Shown in pieces: positions 48,191 through 58,289 of a DNA stretch of 64,000 bases. Each line of letters opens with the position of its first letter. The first letter of the stretch is position 1. The notes beneath the pieces were generated by a model that saw only the letters and a list, made by a program, of their open reading frames with translations, was not told the origin of the DNA and searched no databases. The stretch comes from an uncultured virus (IMG/VR IMGVR_UViG_3300012277_000001) (Duplodnaviria; Heunggongvirae; Uroviricota; Caudoviricetes), in the IMG/VR virus record IMGVR_UViG_3300012277_000001, positions 1-64,000 of that record; one strand, written 5' to 3'. Both the position numbers and the translations under genes were made by a program.

Positions 48191-48374
48191 ATGGGACTGG
48201 GACACTTGGTGCTTGACCATCATGTTTAGCGCTGGTGGATTTGCAATGTTTCACGGATGGCGTACCAAAACATTCAGCCATCCATTAATGCCTGCGTATC
48301 TGGCGGTCGGTATTAAAGCGAGTGCCGACATACTCAACCGAATTTACCATGGAGTTATTGCATGTCTATTCTGA
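48183..48374 (+). CDS. small membrane protein
   Basis: hydrophobic short ORF. Confidence 0.55.
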   Translation: MAEWDWDTWCLTIMFSAGGFAMFHGWRTKTFSHPLMPAYLAVGIKASADILNRIYHGVIACLF

Positions 48375-48763
48375 AATTTCCCGGTACGTTCTTCCTCGAA
48401 GTTGTGCCGACCCTGTTCGACGCCAGCGAGTGGAAAACTGAAAAGCCCTTTCACAAGTTCGATGAAAAGACCGGGCTGCATACCTTCAGCTTTGGCGGCA
48501 ACAGCCACGTAAGTGATGGCGCGGAAGAACTGGTCGAAATTGCAACACGCGAAATCGAAAAGTGCATCAAAGAAAAGATTGCACTGAACCCCGATAACTG
48601 CCCGTACATCACGCTGCCTGTTACGTGCGATGCCGAGCAGGGGCCGGATATTGATTTCTTCGATGCATTCACGGTGCTGGAACGTCCGTGGCGCGTCGAA
48701 ATGTATACCGACACTTTCCGTCGCGGCGTTGCCAAGCTTCGTAAACTCAAGGAGGGAAAATGA
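48362..48763 (+). CDS. hypothetical protein
   Basis: GGAG RBS. Confidence 0.7.
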   Translation: MSILKFPGTFFLEVVPTLFDASEWKTEKPFHKFDEKTGLHTFSFGGNSHVSDGAEELVEIATREIEKCIKEKIALNPDNCPYITLPVTCDAEQGPDIDFFDAFTVLERPWRVEMYTDTFRRGVAKLRKLKEGK

Positions 48764-49842
48764 AACCGTTCGATTACATTGGGATCATCGGTAAAGATCC
48801 GAATGCGTTAGATCCGGTGGCAAAAACTGCGTGGGACGATTTGCGGGGCGCTATGGTGTTCGGCTCGCACCGCTGGACGCCTCCATCTGAATATGATCAC
48901 AAGCACAAGCTGTGGCGCTGGCAGCAAATCGTAACAGGCTTCGGTGGCCGACGTGTGTTGTTGGATAACTTACCAAAAGGTTTGGGCAAACTCGAATATG
49001 ATCCAACGGCGCGCTGGCCAGATACAGCATGGCAAACAGCTGAAAAAATGGGGCTGCACGGCTACATGGGCTGGCCCTCAATCGCCGGGAAGCGCCCGAA
49101 ATACCGTACCATTAGCACGCCGATTCAGGGCGCTTCTTCGGAACTGCTAGAAAAGATCAAGCGGCGCAACTGGGAACAGGCGACCAACCCGTACGCAAAT
49201 CAGGTGTCACCCGGCGGCCACGTTGACGACGCTTCGATTAGCCCGACTGGGCGGCGGTTGCCTATGTGCTTTGATCCGTCTATGTCCCTGCTTTCTGGTG
49301 GCCTGCGCCTCGGCGAATTCTCTGGAATGTACGGTAGCCGTCTGATGAATATCGACCCGCTTGTGATTTTCAAAAGTCGAGCGGGCCTGAATGTGGCCAA
49401 AGATGACTACATGTTCGATTTTGAAGCGAATATGCATCTGGAAGAAAAGTGGGAACAGATATTCAAGCGCATTAAGCCCCGCTCACTGGAAGATGCCACG
49501 TATGTCTTCGATAGCATACGGCCTAAATGTCGCGTACGTCTTCCCCCTCATGCCGTTTGGGATGAAGTGCATCAGTACACGTACAACCCAGACCACTGGC
49601 TGACGAAGCTTTACATCAAAGAACGTGAGAAGAAATTCGATCACAAAGCAGCGGTTAGCCGTGTACTGAAGCACAACAAATTCCACGACAAAAAAGAAAC
49701 GGCACGTCGTCTGGAATTCATCGGTGCCGGTTACGAAGAAAGCAAAAAGACGGAAAACAAACCCAAGAACGGGCATACTTGGGGACCGGGGGATTTGAAG
49801 CAGTTTTCTGGACGCATCAAACGGGACGCCTACTATGACTGA
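48760..49842 (+). CDS. hypothetical protein
   Basis: 360 aa; GGAGG RBS. Confidence 0.8.
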   Translation: MKPFDYIGIIGKDPNALDPVAKTAWDDLRGAMVFGSHRWTPPSEYDHKHKLWRWQQIVTGFGGRRVLLDNLPKGLGKLEYDPTARWPDTAWQTAEKMGLHGYMGWPSIAGKRPKYRTISTPIQGASSELLEKIKRRNWEQATNPYANQVSPGGHVDDASISPTGRRLPMCFDPSMSLLSGGLRLGEFSGMYGSRLMNIDPLVIFKSRAGLNVAKDDYMFDFEANMHLEEKWEQIFKRIKPRSLEDATYVFDSIRPKCRVRLPPHAVWDEVHQYTYNPDHWLTKLYIKEREKKFDHKAAVSRVLKHNKFHDKKETARRLEFIGAGYEESKKTENKPKNGHTWGPGDLKQFSGRIKRDAYYD

Positions 49843-50107
49843 ATTGGAACTCAAGCTGGCTAAGGCGCTGGTTGATATTGCGGGAATCCATGTCGGTGTT
49901 TATCCGAAGGCATTCAACGGCGTACCCCGCACAGAACGCCAGACCGGTTGGAACAGGGCGCGTGCTGCGTACGCAAAGGAAATTCACGCTGTAATTCGAA
50001 ACGATCCTACCGTATACGCCGCGTTCGATATCGCAGAATCCATGAATTCGCGGGCGCTGAACGAAATGCAGGTAAAGGTTTTGGACACTAGCAAGGAAAT
50101 CAAATGA
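49835..50107 (+). CDS. hypothetical protein
   Basis: ORF in array. Confidence 0.7.
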   Translation: MTELELKLAKALVDIAGIHVGVYPKAFNGVPRTERQTGWNRARAAYAKEIHAVIRNDPTVYAAFDIAESMNSRALNEMQVKVLDTSKEIK

Positions 50108-50538
50108 TTGCCCACAAGACAGAACGTGGCTTTGCCCGTCTGGATTTCTTGGATCGTTACGGCGACCCTTGTTCGATTCAGGAATCCAGCTTGGCAACCG
50201 AACCGGCCATTTGGTTCGGCCACAACGAAGCCGCCCCGCGCCACTGCGTGAAGGGCAAAGGCTGGGTGCCGTACGAATATCCGGAAGGCATCGAAGTATT
50301 CACCAACACGCGGGCGCACCTCACGCAACGGCAGATGAAAGAACTGCTGCCGGTTCTGGAACACTTCACGAAATACGGCGAACTTCCGGAAATCGAACAG
50401 GGCATGTTTTTGACTCAACGTAACCGCTGGCGTCTTGCTGCTTACGAAATGCGCGGCTGGCGTTACGTCGGCTTGTTCGCACTCGGCGCACTGTTAGGCG
50501 TTGCCCATGCCAACCTTCACGCAATCGGAGTTCTTTAA
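50104..50538 (+). CDS. phage hypothetical protein with C-terminal TM
   Basis: T.RGF...F.D.YG..CSIQESSLA...IW.G motif. Confidence 0.75.
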   Translation: MIAHKTERGFARLDFLDRYGDPCSIQESSLATEPAIWFGHNEAAPRHCVKGKGWVPYEYPEGIEVFTNTRAHLTQRQMKELLPVLEHFTKYGELPEIEQGMFLTQRNRWRLAAYEMRGWRYVGLFALGALLGVAHANLHAIGVL

Positions 50539-51291
50539 ATGCTTATGTACACCCCACATTCGGCCCCGATAATGGCTGCGCAAATTGACGCGCTGACCGC
50601 CTACCGCGAAGCGCAGCTGGTGGCCCTGTGCGAAAAACTCCAACTGACGGAAATTCTCGAATATATCGAGCAGCCCCAGTTTGATACCAACAGCCTCTAC
50701 TACAACGCGGCCTATGGCAAACGTGTTGCGTGGCGCGTTGCTGAAATTCTTTTCACCCTCGGCGATCTGGATGATTTCGACCATCTTCGCCCGCATCTAC
50801 AAATGGGTGTGGTGGCCGGGCTGTTCCACCGTTTCTGCTACGCACCGCACTTGTCCAGTGCCACCAACATCGACCGTGCTATCGAGGGCATGTTGGGTGC
50901 GGAATGCATCACGGATTATTTTGGTGAGCATAGCGAGTCTGTCGGCTACATCGTCGATGCGATCAAAATCACTGAAGCCTGTGACAACCCAAAAATTCCT
51001 GTTCACCGCATCGAGTGTGCATTGAACGATGCCGTTATGCTGGACGGCTGCGAGCCGGATGCAATCAAAAACATCCTGTTTGATTTGGCGGAAGAGCACA
51101 ACGTCGAAATCACTGACGCTATCCACATGCAAATCGGCTGGATTCGCCAAACGGTCATGTACACCGAGCCGGGCCGCATGCTGTGGGAAGCCACCGTAGA
51201 GCAGCGCATTCAGGCTATTGCGGCGTTGGGTCTGCAAGAAAATCCTCCACGCGTAATCGACCGTGAAGGCGAGGTTGATCTTGATGGCTAA
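50539..51291 (+). CDS. degenerate HD-domain-like protein
   Basis: LYYNAAY / AGLFHR / LNDAV where HD hydrolases have YHN..H / A.LFHD / L.DAD. Confidence 0.5.
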   Translation: MLMYTPHSAPIMAAQIDALTAYREAQLVALCEKLQLTEILEYIEQPQFDTNSLYYNAAYGKRVAWRVAEILFTLGDLDDFDHLRPHLQMGVVAGLFHRFCYAPHLSSATNIDRAIEGMLGAECITDYFGEHSESVGYIVDAIKITEACDNPKIPVHRIECALNDAVMLDGCEPDAIKNILFDLAEEHNVEITDAIHMQIGWIRQTVMYTEPGRMLWEATVEQRIQAIAALGLQENPPRVIDREGEVDLDG

Positions 51292-51538
51292 ATACACCGA
51301 ACGCCAAAAAGAACTGGCAACTAGCGTGATGGCAAATGTAGTACCAATTGCTGTCACGATGTTTTTTCTAGTGCTGATAGGTATCTGTTTCTCGAAGGCA
51401 GGTGTGTACACGTCAAATATGACACAGCGCCGATTTTTGGTGTTAGCCCACTGCACAGTGGTCGTCATTCAGGTTTTTATAGTTGGCATCTTGTTCTGGT
51501 CGCGTAGGGTGGCACGCAATGGACAGGGAAAACTGTAA
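51284..51538 (+). CDS. small membrane protein
   Basis: two TM segments. Confidence 0.65.
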   Translation: MAKYTERQKELATSVMANVVPIAVTMFFLVLIGICFSKAGVYTSNMTQRRFLVLAHCTVVVIQVFIVGILFWSRRVARNGQGKL

Positions 51539-51713
51539 ATACGTTGCGAGACTGTTGGACTGTTCGAACTACATTTACGCAATTGAAGAGAACCAAGTTT
51601 TACTATGCAAAAGCAGGCTGCGCGCCCGGCAATTCACGTACAGGGAAAGCCTGTTGCTAAGGCACACACTCCAAGTAACCATGATCCCCGCCGACTGGGA
51701 ACGCCTATTCTGA
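51519..51713 (+). CDS. hypothetical protein
   Basis: short ORF in gap. Confidence 0.5.
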   Translation: MDRENCKYVARLLDCSNYIYAIEENQVLLCKSRLRARQFTYRESLLLRHTLQVTMIPADWERLF

Positions 51714-51778
51714 AACCGGGACAAGTCTCGGAAATGGATCGGCTGTTTGGCATGTGGGACAAACTTTAGGAAACCGCC

Positions 51779-52492
51779 ATGGACCAGACTACGACTCTTC
51801 CGCTCGAATTGGGGCCGGAACTGCATCGTAAGCTTGCATCGTACTGCGAAGAACACGGCCTGTCGTTGGATCAAGCCGTGTCGCAGATTGTGGGCGACAA
51901 ACTGAAGAAAATGGAACAGGCGCCGGATGATCAGCGCGCCGTGGTTGATATCCGCACCCTGCCTTGGCAGACGATGATTCCGTACGCACGGAAGATTCCG
52001 CAAGGCATGTTGTTTAACGTGTACGATCTGGCGATTCGTATGCACAGCAAATTGAATTTGTCGTCGTTGAAACTACCGGGCGCTTGGCATTCTGCATTCG
52101 CCATGTGGGTTCGGCGGCATAGCGAATTCGAATTGGTGCGCGTGGCCGATGGCAATAGCTTCCGGCGTAATTCCGACAAGGAAGCACCAATGCCCGACGT
52201 ACGCGTGCCGTTACCGCGTCCACTGGTGCCCAAGCGTTACACGCAGGCAGAGCTACAACACATTCTGCGTATGACCGCACTGCACAAACCGTTGAATGAG
52301 AAATTCACCTTCAACGATATTTACCGTAGCATCCCACAAGAAAAGCGACCGCATTATTTGGGCTACGGAATGATTTCGAAATTCAAACGATGGGCCGACG
52401 ATAGTCGTTTGTTCAAGATTACGACCGACCCCGTACACAACAACAACATTTCGTTTATTCGCATCACTGATGCAGTGGGGGAAATTACATGA
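51779..52492 (+). CDS. protein with N-terminal ribbon-helix-helix (CopG-like) domain
   Basis: TLPLELGPELHRKLASYCEEHGLSLDQAVSQIV. Confidence 0.65.
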   Translation: MDQTTTLPLELGPELHRKLASYCEEHGLSLDQAVSQIVGDKLKKMEQAPDDQRAVVDIRTLPWQTMIPYARKIPQGMLFNVYDLAIRMHSKLNLSSLKLPGAWHSAFAMWVRRHSEFELVRVADGNSFRRNSDKEAPMPDVRVPLPRPLVPKRYTQAELQHILRMTALHKPLNEKFTFNDIYRSIPQEKRPHYLGYGMISKFKRWADDSRLFKITTDPVHNNNISFIRITDAVGEIT

Positions 52493-52520
52493 ACCGTACA
52501 CTACGCCCGGAGAAACAACC

Positions 52521-52754
52521 ATGGGCCTTCTCGTTTATGCTTCGAAATCCGAAGCGCTGTTTGCCAATCAAGTGCGAGCCACTGATATCCACCGCTACGG
52601 CGATTTCTTTGTTGCAGCGGTTCCGCGCCGCCTATCCGGAGATTTCGAAATTGTAGCAAAGGTGGATGACACCAGCTTCACTATCGAAACCAACAAGGCG
52701 TTCATCAGCTATGATGATATGGCCGACCTTCTCGAAAACGCAACGCATCACTGA
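52521..52754 (+). CDS. hypothetical protein
   Basis: GGAG RBS. Confidence 0.65.
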   Translation: MGLLVYASKSEALFANQVRATDIHRYGDFFVAAVPRRLSGDFEIVAKVDDTSFTIETNKAFISYDDMADLLENATHH

Positions 52755-52764
52755 GGTACTGTAA

Positions 52765-53049
52765 ATGAAATTCGTAGTCGTAAAAATTGAAGGCGTCGAA
52801 GTTCCGATGATGTTCGGTAACGAGGTCGATCTGGACCAAATCCAGATTCCGTACCCAATCGTGAGCGCGGGTGTTGCGGTTGTCCAGCAAATGTTTCTGA
52901 CCTGCCAGAAATCCCAAGTGATCGGCGGCAAGGAATACGGAAGCCGTGGCCTGAAAGATGAAATGCTGCTGCGCATGTCTGACCACATCGGGATCGGTAA
53001 TCCCGAGTTGGGCGGCGCACCAGAAACCGAGGAAAAATCTGAGGAATAA
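52765..53049 (+). CDS. hypothetical protein (family of 16572/61154)
   Basis: E.P.MF...VSAG...SRG..D..L. Confidence 0.7.
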   Translation: MKFVVVKIEGVEVPMMFGNEVDLDQIQIPYPIVSAGVAVVQQMFLTCQKSQVIGGKEYGSRGLKDEMLLRMSDHIGIGNPELGGAPETEEKSEE

Positions 53050-53052
53050 ACG

Positions 53053-53433
53053 ATGCTGACGCGCAAGCAGCAACAGCAGCGCAAGCAACAGAAACAACAG
53101 GAAGAAGCGGCTAAAGCTAAGTTGACAAAACAGCTTGGCCGCGCCCCTGATGGTTCGTTGCCCAAAGGCGCACGCAAACCAAAGGACGATGGATCGTCCC
53201 TTAAAATTGACTACCGCACGTCGGACGTGAAACACATCCCAAGTGCAGAAGGTCGCACGGTCGAAGAGGAAGGCGTTTTTCTGGTCGAAGGGGAGGACTG
53301 GGAAGCGCGAGACAAGGCAGCGGCAGAAGAAACTGAGCGCAAGAAAAAGCGCACCGCACCGCTTTGGAACAAAGGCGGGATTATGTATATTACTGACGGG
53401 GAAGATCCAACGACGTTGGGTCGCAAAGTCTAG
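53053..53433 (+). CDS. basic hypothetical protein
   Basis: GAGGA RBS; C-terminal TAPLWNKGGIMYITD. Confidence 0.75.
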   Translation: MLTRKQQQQRKQQKQQEEAAKAKLTKQLGRAPDGSLPKGARKPKDDGSSLKIDYRTSDVKHIPSAEGRTVEEEGVFLVEGEDWEARDKAAAEETERKKKRTAPLWNKGGIMYITDGEDPTTLGRKV

Positions 53434-53451
53434 GGTACAAGGAAAATCCTG

Positions 53452-54018
53452 ATGGCCAGAACAAAATCCGAAATTGTCGAGTCGATGCGACGGAAACGGA
53501 TTGCTATGTGGCGAAACCATGTGGCACTTACACGTTTGGTTGAGGGCGCTGCCCCTGACCGCGACATTAACCTGCTGGAATTTGTCGCAAAGCTCCGGAA
53601 GAAAATTCTGGTGCAAAAGCAAGAATGGTTGCCGAAAAAATTATTCCATGAGCAACCTGCCAATTTGTTTTGGGTAGAGGGTGATCCAAAAAGCATCCTC
53701 TACAACTACGTGCCCCGTGGGCAGCGCAACGTATATCAAGTGGCCTATGCTGGGGTGCTCTGCAACTTGACGCGCATGATGATGTATTTCACGGGTGCAC
53801 GGGCCGAGAACATTTGGGCAATAGGGTGCTGCAAATTCATTTGCGAGAAGACCCATGTATTCGAAACGGATTTGGTTTGGACGCACGACCCGGTGTTGAA
53901 AGCTTGGCACCGGGATCGCATCGAGTTTTTCGCCACCAAATTCACGCAGGAACCGAAGGAAGAATTATGCAACAGCACAACACCGACCAACACGGACCAG
54001 ATGCAGGAGCGGAATTGA
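53452..54018 (+). CDS. hypothetical protein
   Basis: AAGGA RBS. Confidence 0.7.
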   Translation: MARTKSEIVESMRRKRIAMWRNHVALTRLVEGAAPDRDINLLEFVAKLRKKILVQKQEWLPKKLFHEQPANLFWVEGDPKSILYNYVPRGQRNVYQVAYAGVLCNLTRMMMYFTGARAENIWAIGCCKFICEKTHVFETDLVWTHDPVLKAWHRDRIEFFATKFTQEPKEELCNSTTPTNTDQMQERN

Positions 54019-54020
54019 AC

Positions 54021-54692
54021 ATGAATCAGGTTAACGAAGAACTGAACAAAAACGATTCGGGGCAGACGCCGCACCATAAAGTTGATCGGGACCGGCGTAT
54101 GGATGAAATGGAGCAGGAGAATTTCAACCCTTCCGACATTGAAGACTCCGAATGGGGATATAACCGGGCGCGTTCTCCCGAAGAACTCGACGAACAGCTG
54201 GCGGCAATCCTGAAGCGCGACCGTGAAGGGGCGCAACTGTTCCAGAAAAAACAACGCAAAGCACGTTGGATTCTGCGCATCTGGTTGTTCGTGACTACCG
54301 TCGGTTTGTTCGCGTTGCTGGGGGCCGTTGGTTGGACGTATCGCGATCACGTGGTGCAGGACTGGGACCGCTACGCTTCGCCCACGTCGAAATGCATTTT
54401 CAAGGTCGGGGATCGTACGGTGCAGGGCGGGCGCGAGAAGTCTTACCGTTTCTACACCGTGCTCGGCTGGCAGTTCTTCGATACACGCAGCGTACAGGAA
54501 AAAACCTACATCGAATTGCCGAGTTCGGCGGCTTCGGTGCTGGCCCATATGGCGGATGGTTCATACCAAAAAGTTTCCACGACTGACGGCGAGAATGGGC
54601 GCTATCCGCTGCCCCAAGCTGAGAGTTATTCGTTCTTCATGGATGGCGGCAAAAACAGTGCTGTCATTTCCTACCGGGAGTTGTGCAAATGA
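54021..54692 (+). CDS. single-pass membrane protein (start uncertain)
   Basis: TM segment WILRIWLFVTTVGLFALLGAVGW. Confidence 0.7.
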   Translation: MNQVNEELNKNDSGQTPHHKVDRDRRMDEMEQENFNPSDIEDSEWGYNRARSPEELDEQLAAILKRDREGAQLFQKKQRKARWILRIWLFVTTVGLFALLGAVGWTYRDHVVQDWDRYASPTSKCIFKVGDRTVQGGREKSYRFYTVLGWQFFDTRSVQEKTYIELPSSAASVLAHMADGSYQKVSTTDGENGRYPLPQAESYSFFMDGGKNSAVISYRELCK

Positions 54693-55525
54693 GCCGCTAC
54701 GCACCGATTCGCAATGGCGCCCTGACCCAATGCCTGAAGCGCCATAAATTCGCCAAGATCGACGATTTGAACGGCGACGAGCGCACCTTGTGGCAACACA
54801 AGGACGATCAAAATCTTACGGTCGGCGTTTACGGCGATTCCATCGCGATTGAAATTGCAGGCTTCGTCGATGTGACAAACGGTGAAGGCGATACCAAGAA
54901 AATCGCAGCTGATGCCATCGTAGAAATCGACCGGCAGATAGCGCTGCACAATAAACGTCTGGAACAATTCCACGCGCTGCAAGCCGAGGTTTTGGCGTGG
55001 TGCAAATCGGTCGGTGTGGACGGCAAATTCAAGCAGAACAAAATCGACCCCGAGAATTTCGAATTCCACATAAAGGCATTCCAATATGACGCGTTGTTCG
55101 TGCTGGCGTTCCGTGGTCAAGAACCGTTCGTTCTCGAAATCGACTACAACGAACATCAGGTCGATACGCTCGACAGTCTTACGCCGTATCTGCTGGGTTA
55201 CAAATTCGAGGATTGGCCGGTTGATAGCGCGAAATTCGTGGTCAAAGGCAAGTCGATTTTCACGTGGGGCAACGTCGGTGATCTTCGTCCGTTCTTCTTC
55301 CGCTACGGCGGCCTGACCAGCATCAAAGAACACGAAGCGTCGGTGCGGCGTGTCACTGAAGACCCGGTGCTGGCGCAGCTGATGGTGGATCAGGCAAGTG
55401 ATACCCAAACCTACTGGGAACTCAAATTCCGCTTCAAAGTCAATGCCACCAATTTCGATAACGTACGTCTCGGAAAAGATCGGTTCTTTGACCTTACCAC
55501 TGAGCACAAGGATAACAACCAATGA
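54689..55525 (+). CDS. hypothetical protein, paralog of 55522
   Basis: QFHALQAEVLA; FFFRYG. Confidence 0.75.
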   Translation: MSRYAPIRNGALTQCLKRHKFAKIDDLNGDERTLWQHKDDQNLTVGVYGDSIAIEIAGFVDVTNGEGDTKKIAADAIVEIDRQIALHNKRLEQFHALQAEVLAWCKSVGVDGKFKQNKIDPENFEFHIKAFQYDALFVLAFRGQEPFVLEIDYNEHQVDTLDSLTPYLLGYKFEDWPVDSAKFVVKGKSIFTWGNVGDLRPFFFRYGGLTSIKEHEASVRRVTEDPVLAQLMVDQASDTQTYWELKFRFKVNATNFDNVRLGKDRFFDLTTEHKDNNQ

Positions 55526-56358
55526 CCAGCGCAGTTATCAAAAATCGTGTCGTTGCAATTACCGAACATTTGCTCGGCCTCGGCTTTGTCCAGCACAACG
55601 ACCAGTTCTACCACAACCGTATCAATGTCTGGCTGGATAGCCACGATGGTGAAACCGTGGTGTTCCCTGAATGGGAAGACGCTGGGGAAAAATCTTTCCC
55701 CAGTAACACCGATCTGCAATCTTGCTTCGATTTCATCAAAGTAAAAATTGACTACGTGAAAGAGCGGCACGGGCAATTCGTTGCCCTGTGTGAAGGCGTT
55801 CTGGCAGAAGTGAAGAAAATCGGCATTCTTGCGGATCTGTATCGGCGCCCGGTCCCTCCCGTGAAGTACAAACGCAATCGTATGGAACGGCAGCGGCGCG
55901 TATGGCGCAATGAGTGGAACTACCGCCTGCGCATCAAGGCCCTCGACAACTGGGAACCGATTTATTTTTCGTCCGAGGAAATGGGCGAAATCAACATGGA
56001 ATTCTGTGACGTTGTTCACTACGAAATCGAATCCGTTGAACATGCCATGCGTATTCTCACGAATCAGGACCGCGACGATTGCGATGTTGAAATGTTGCGC
56101 GATGCAATTTTCGAGGGGCAGTTCATCTACACCGAGGATAACCCGAACGAATTCACGGCGTTCTTCTTCAAGTACGGCCTGATCAGCTGCAAAACTAACA
56201 CCGTCGAGGCCTCGTTCGTGTCCGACGACTCGTGGGCTAACCAGTTGTTCGCCAGTAAGAAGAGGACCATGGAATACCACACAATCAAGCTGCGTCGTGC
56301 GCTCGACAAGTCGGACCGTGAACTAATTCAGGCACTCAAGGACCACACACCGAAATGA
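55522..56358 (+). CDS. hypothetical protein, paralog of 54689
   Basis: [17 protein letters not shown]. Confidence 0.75.
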   Translation: MTSAVIKNRVVAITEHLLGLGFVQHNDQFYHNRINVWLDSHDGETVVFPEWEDAGEKSFPSNTDLQSCFDFIKVKIDYVKERHGQFVALCEGVLAEVKKIGILADLYRRPVPPVKYKRNRMERQRRVWRNEWNYRLRIKALDNWEPIYFSSEEMGEINMEFCDVVHYEIESVEHAMRILTNQDRDDCDVEMLRDAIFEGQFIYTEDNPNEFTAFFFKYGLISCKTNTVEASFVSDDSWANQLFASKKRTMEYHTIKLRRALDKSDRELIQALKDHTPK

Positions 56359-56960
56359 CTTCTTACGTTTACAACAGCCGCACCGCCGATAAATTCGTGG
56401 TGCGTCTTCCAGACAATATGCGGGGTCAGATTCAAGAAATTGCTGGCCGCAGTCACCGGTCGATGAATAGTCAAATCGTTAGCTGGCTGGAAGCGTGTGT
56501 CGAACTGGAAAACAAAGGCATTACCGTTAGCAACGATTTGTCAACAGGTGGGAACGCAGAAAACCGGGTTCGGCAGTTGGAGGAAATGCTGGGCAAAATC
56601 CTGAAGTATGGTCAGTTCTTCAAAGGCTGCATAGAACTGGATCGTTATGCTACGGACGAAAAAGGCCAGCTGCTTTGCGGTGAAGAATTCGAACGTGAGC
56701 TACGCGAGTTGTTCAAGAATGCGGCTGCTGATCCTACCACGGCAGAAGTCACCGTGGCCGATACCCAACCCAAACGCAACTATGTTCCGCGTGCAGGTGA
56801 TCCCGTAGTCGTAAAGGATTCCGGCATGATCGGGGTTGTCGAGAAAATTACTACAGGTTGTGGGCAGGTAGGCAATCCCTATTTCTTAGCCGAAGTGCGG
56901 CTGTACAACGGCGATTTTATAGCCTACAAATTCAACCAACTGATGGAGCCTGAATCGTGA
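56355..56960 (+). CDS. amrZ: AmrZ/AlgZ-like Arc-family DNA-binding protein with C-terminal extension
   Basis: [23 protein letters not shown]...[11 protein letters not shown] closely matches the Pseudomonas AmrZ N-terminus. Confidence 0.85.
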   Translation: MTSYVYNSRTADKFVVRLPDNMRGQIQEIAGRSHRSMNSQIVSWLEACVELENKGITVSNDLSTGGNAENRVRQLEEMLGKILKYGQFFKGCIELDRYATDEKGQLLCGEEFERELRELFKNAAADPTTAEVTVADTQPKRNYVPRAGDPVVVKDSGMIGVVEKITTGCGQVGNPYFLAEVRLYNGDFIAYKFNQLMEPES

Positions 56961-57910
56961 TTGATTTCCCGAACCAAACGCAGCTGATTTTTAAAGGCGA
57001 AGAGCGCCAAACCCTTTGGGATGTTCCGAACCCGGAATTCGACGGTGCTGATTTGCAAGTCACCCTCGACTGCATCGTAATGCCAGAAAGCCGCGTGCCT
57101 TTCCGCTACGAAGGCGGCAAAGATTGGTGGATGGATGAAAAGGGCACCGACGAACCGTGCATGACCTACGTGTTCAAATTGGGCGGTGAATACACACCGG
57201 AAAAACTCGAACAGCAAATGCGATTGATCGGTGCGTTTACCCACGAACTGTCGCACGACTGGTCGCAGTATCACACGTCGTGCCGTTATTTCGAAGGGAG
57301 TGTCAAGGGTTCGATTCGTACGTTCATTTACCGCATCCACCGCAACATCGAGGGCAAATGCCAAGGCCGCCCGGAAATGCTGTGCGGGGCGCCTATGGGC
57401 ATGCACCATTGTGGGTGCTGTGGTGAAATGGTAATGGCCGGTTTACCGCATCCGTCGCAGGAACATTTCCGTGAATTCCACGAAATGTGCGAACAGGACT
57501 CCAAGGTGCAGCAGGATCGCGAGCGCGCCGAATGGTTCGAAAAAGTTTGGGCCAAAGTTGAAGCCGAATACGCGGCGTATGGCAAGCTAAAAGAGGGTTG
57601 GCATGACGACCTGCCGCCACCTATTCCGGAATCGCTGAAACTGGCGCAAGAGTTCTTGGAATACTTGCGTGAAAATCTGTCCGTGCATTCACGTGACCAC
57701 GTGTTGCCGTCGCTGGACCACGAAGGTTACGTCGGCATCATCAGCCCGAATACCGATGGCGATAGTGTGTGGTGGTCGTGTTCGTTCTATCCGGATGAAA
57801 CCGTTACCTATCGCCACGAAAAGGGCAAAGACGAACAGGGCGCAGTCGTCAAGGTTCCGCAAGGCCCCGAGCACAACGCCCAATTGCTGGCGCTGATTCA
57901 CAAACTGTAA
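56957..57910 (+). CDS. multi-domain hypothetical protein with Cys cluster ([22 protein letters not shown])
   Basis: GTGA overlap. Confidence 0.75.
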   Translation: MIDFPNQTQLIFKGEERQTLWDVPNPEFDGADLQVTLDCIVMPESRVPFRYEGGKDWWMDEKGTDEPCMTYVFKLGGEYTPEKLEQQMRLIGAFTHELSHDWSQYHTSCRYFEGSVKGSIRTFIYRIHRNIEGKCQGRPEMLCGAPMGMHHCGCCGEMVMAGLPHPSQEHFREFHEMCEQDSKVQQDRERAEWFEKVWAKVEAEYAAYGKLKEGWHDDLPPPIPESLKLAQEFLEYLRENLSVHSRDHVLPSLDHEGYVGIISPNTDGDSVWWSCSFYPDETVTYRHEKGKDEQGAVVKVPQGPEHNAQLLALIHKL

Positions 57911-57920
57911 ATAAGGAACA

Positions 57921-58289
57921 GTGGCCATGTCGTACGATTTGAAAGATGGGCACCTCAAATTCGAGCCGGTTGCTAAGCTGCTTTCGGCCTACGCATCGGG
58001 TGAACCGCTGCAAGTCGATCCCGAATTTGTGTACCTCGGTGTTCTGCTGGAAACCGATTGCTACGAACGCCTGCGCTTTGTGAATTTCAACAATGATGCA
58101 GACTTCGTGGAAATCGCAGTCACGACTAACGATCTGGTGCGGGAACCCATGGACCAAATATCTTGGTTCGAATGGGAAGCCATGCTGCTGGACGAACAGG
58201 GCTACGCTTTCATGCAAAAATATTGCACGGAAGAGGATTTGAAAGCCATGCAATTTACCAAAATCGTATCACAGGGGAAGAAGAATTGA
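57921..58289 (+). CDS. hypothetical protein
   Basis: AAGGA RBS. Confidence 0.7.
   Translation: MAMSYDLKDGHLKFEPVAKLLSAYASGEPLQVDPEFVYLGVLLETDCYERLRFVNFNNDADFVEIAVTTNDLVREPMDQISWFEWEAMLLDEQGYAFMQKYCTEEDLKAMQFTKIVSQGKKN

Noticed and set aside
48760..49842. GGLRLGEF segment reminiscent of DnaB/RecA-type helicase
   Set aside because: No Walker A lysine motif follows; too little evidence to call a helicase
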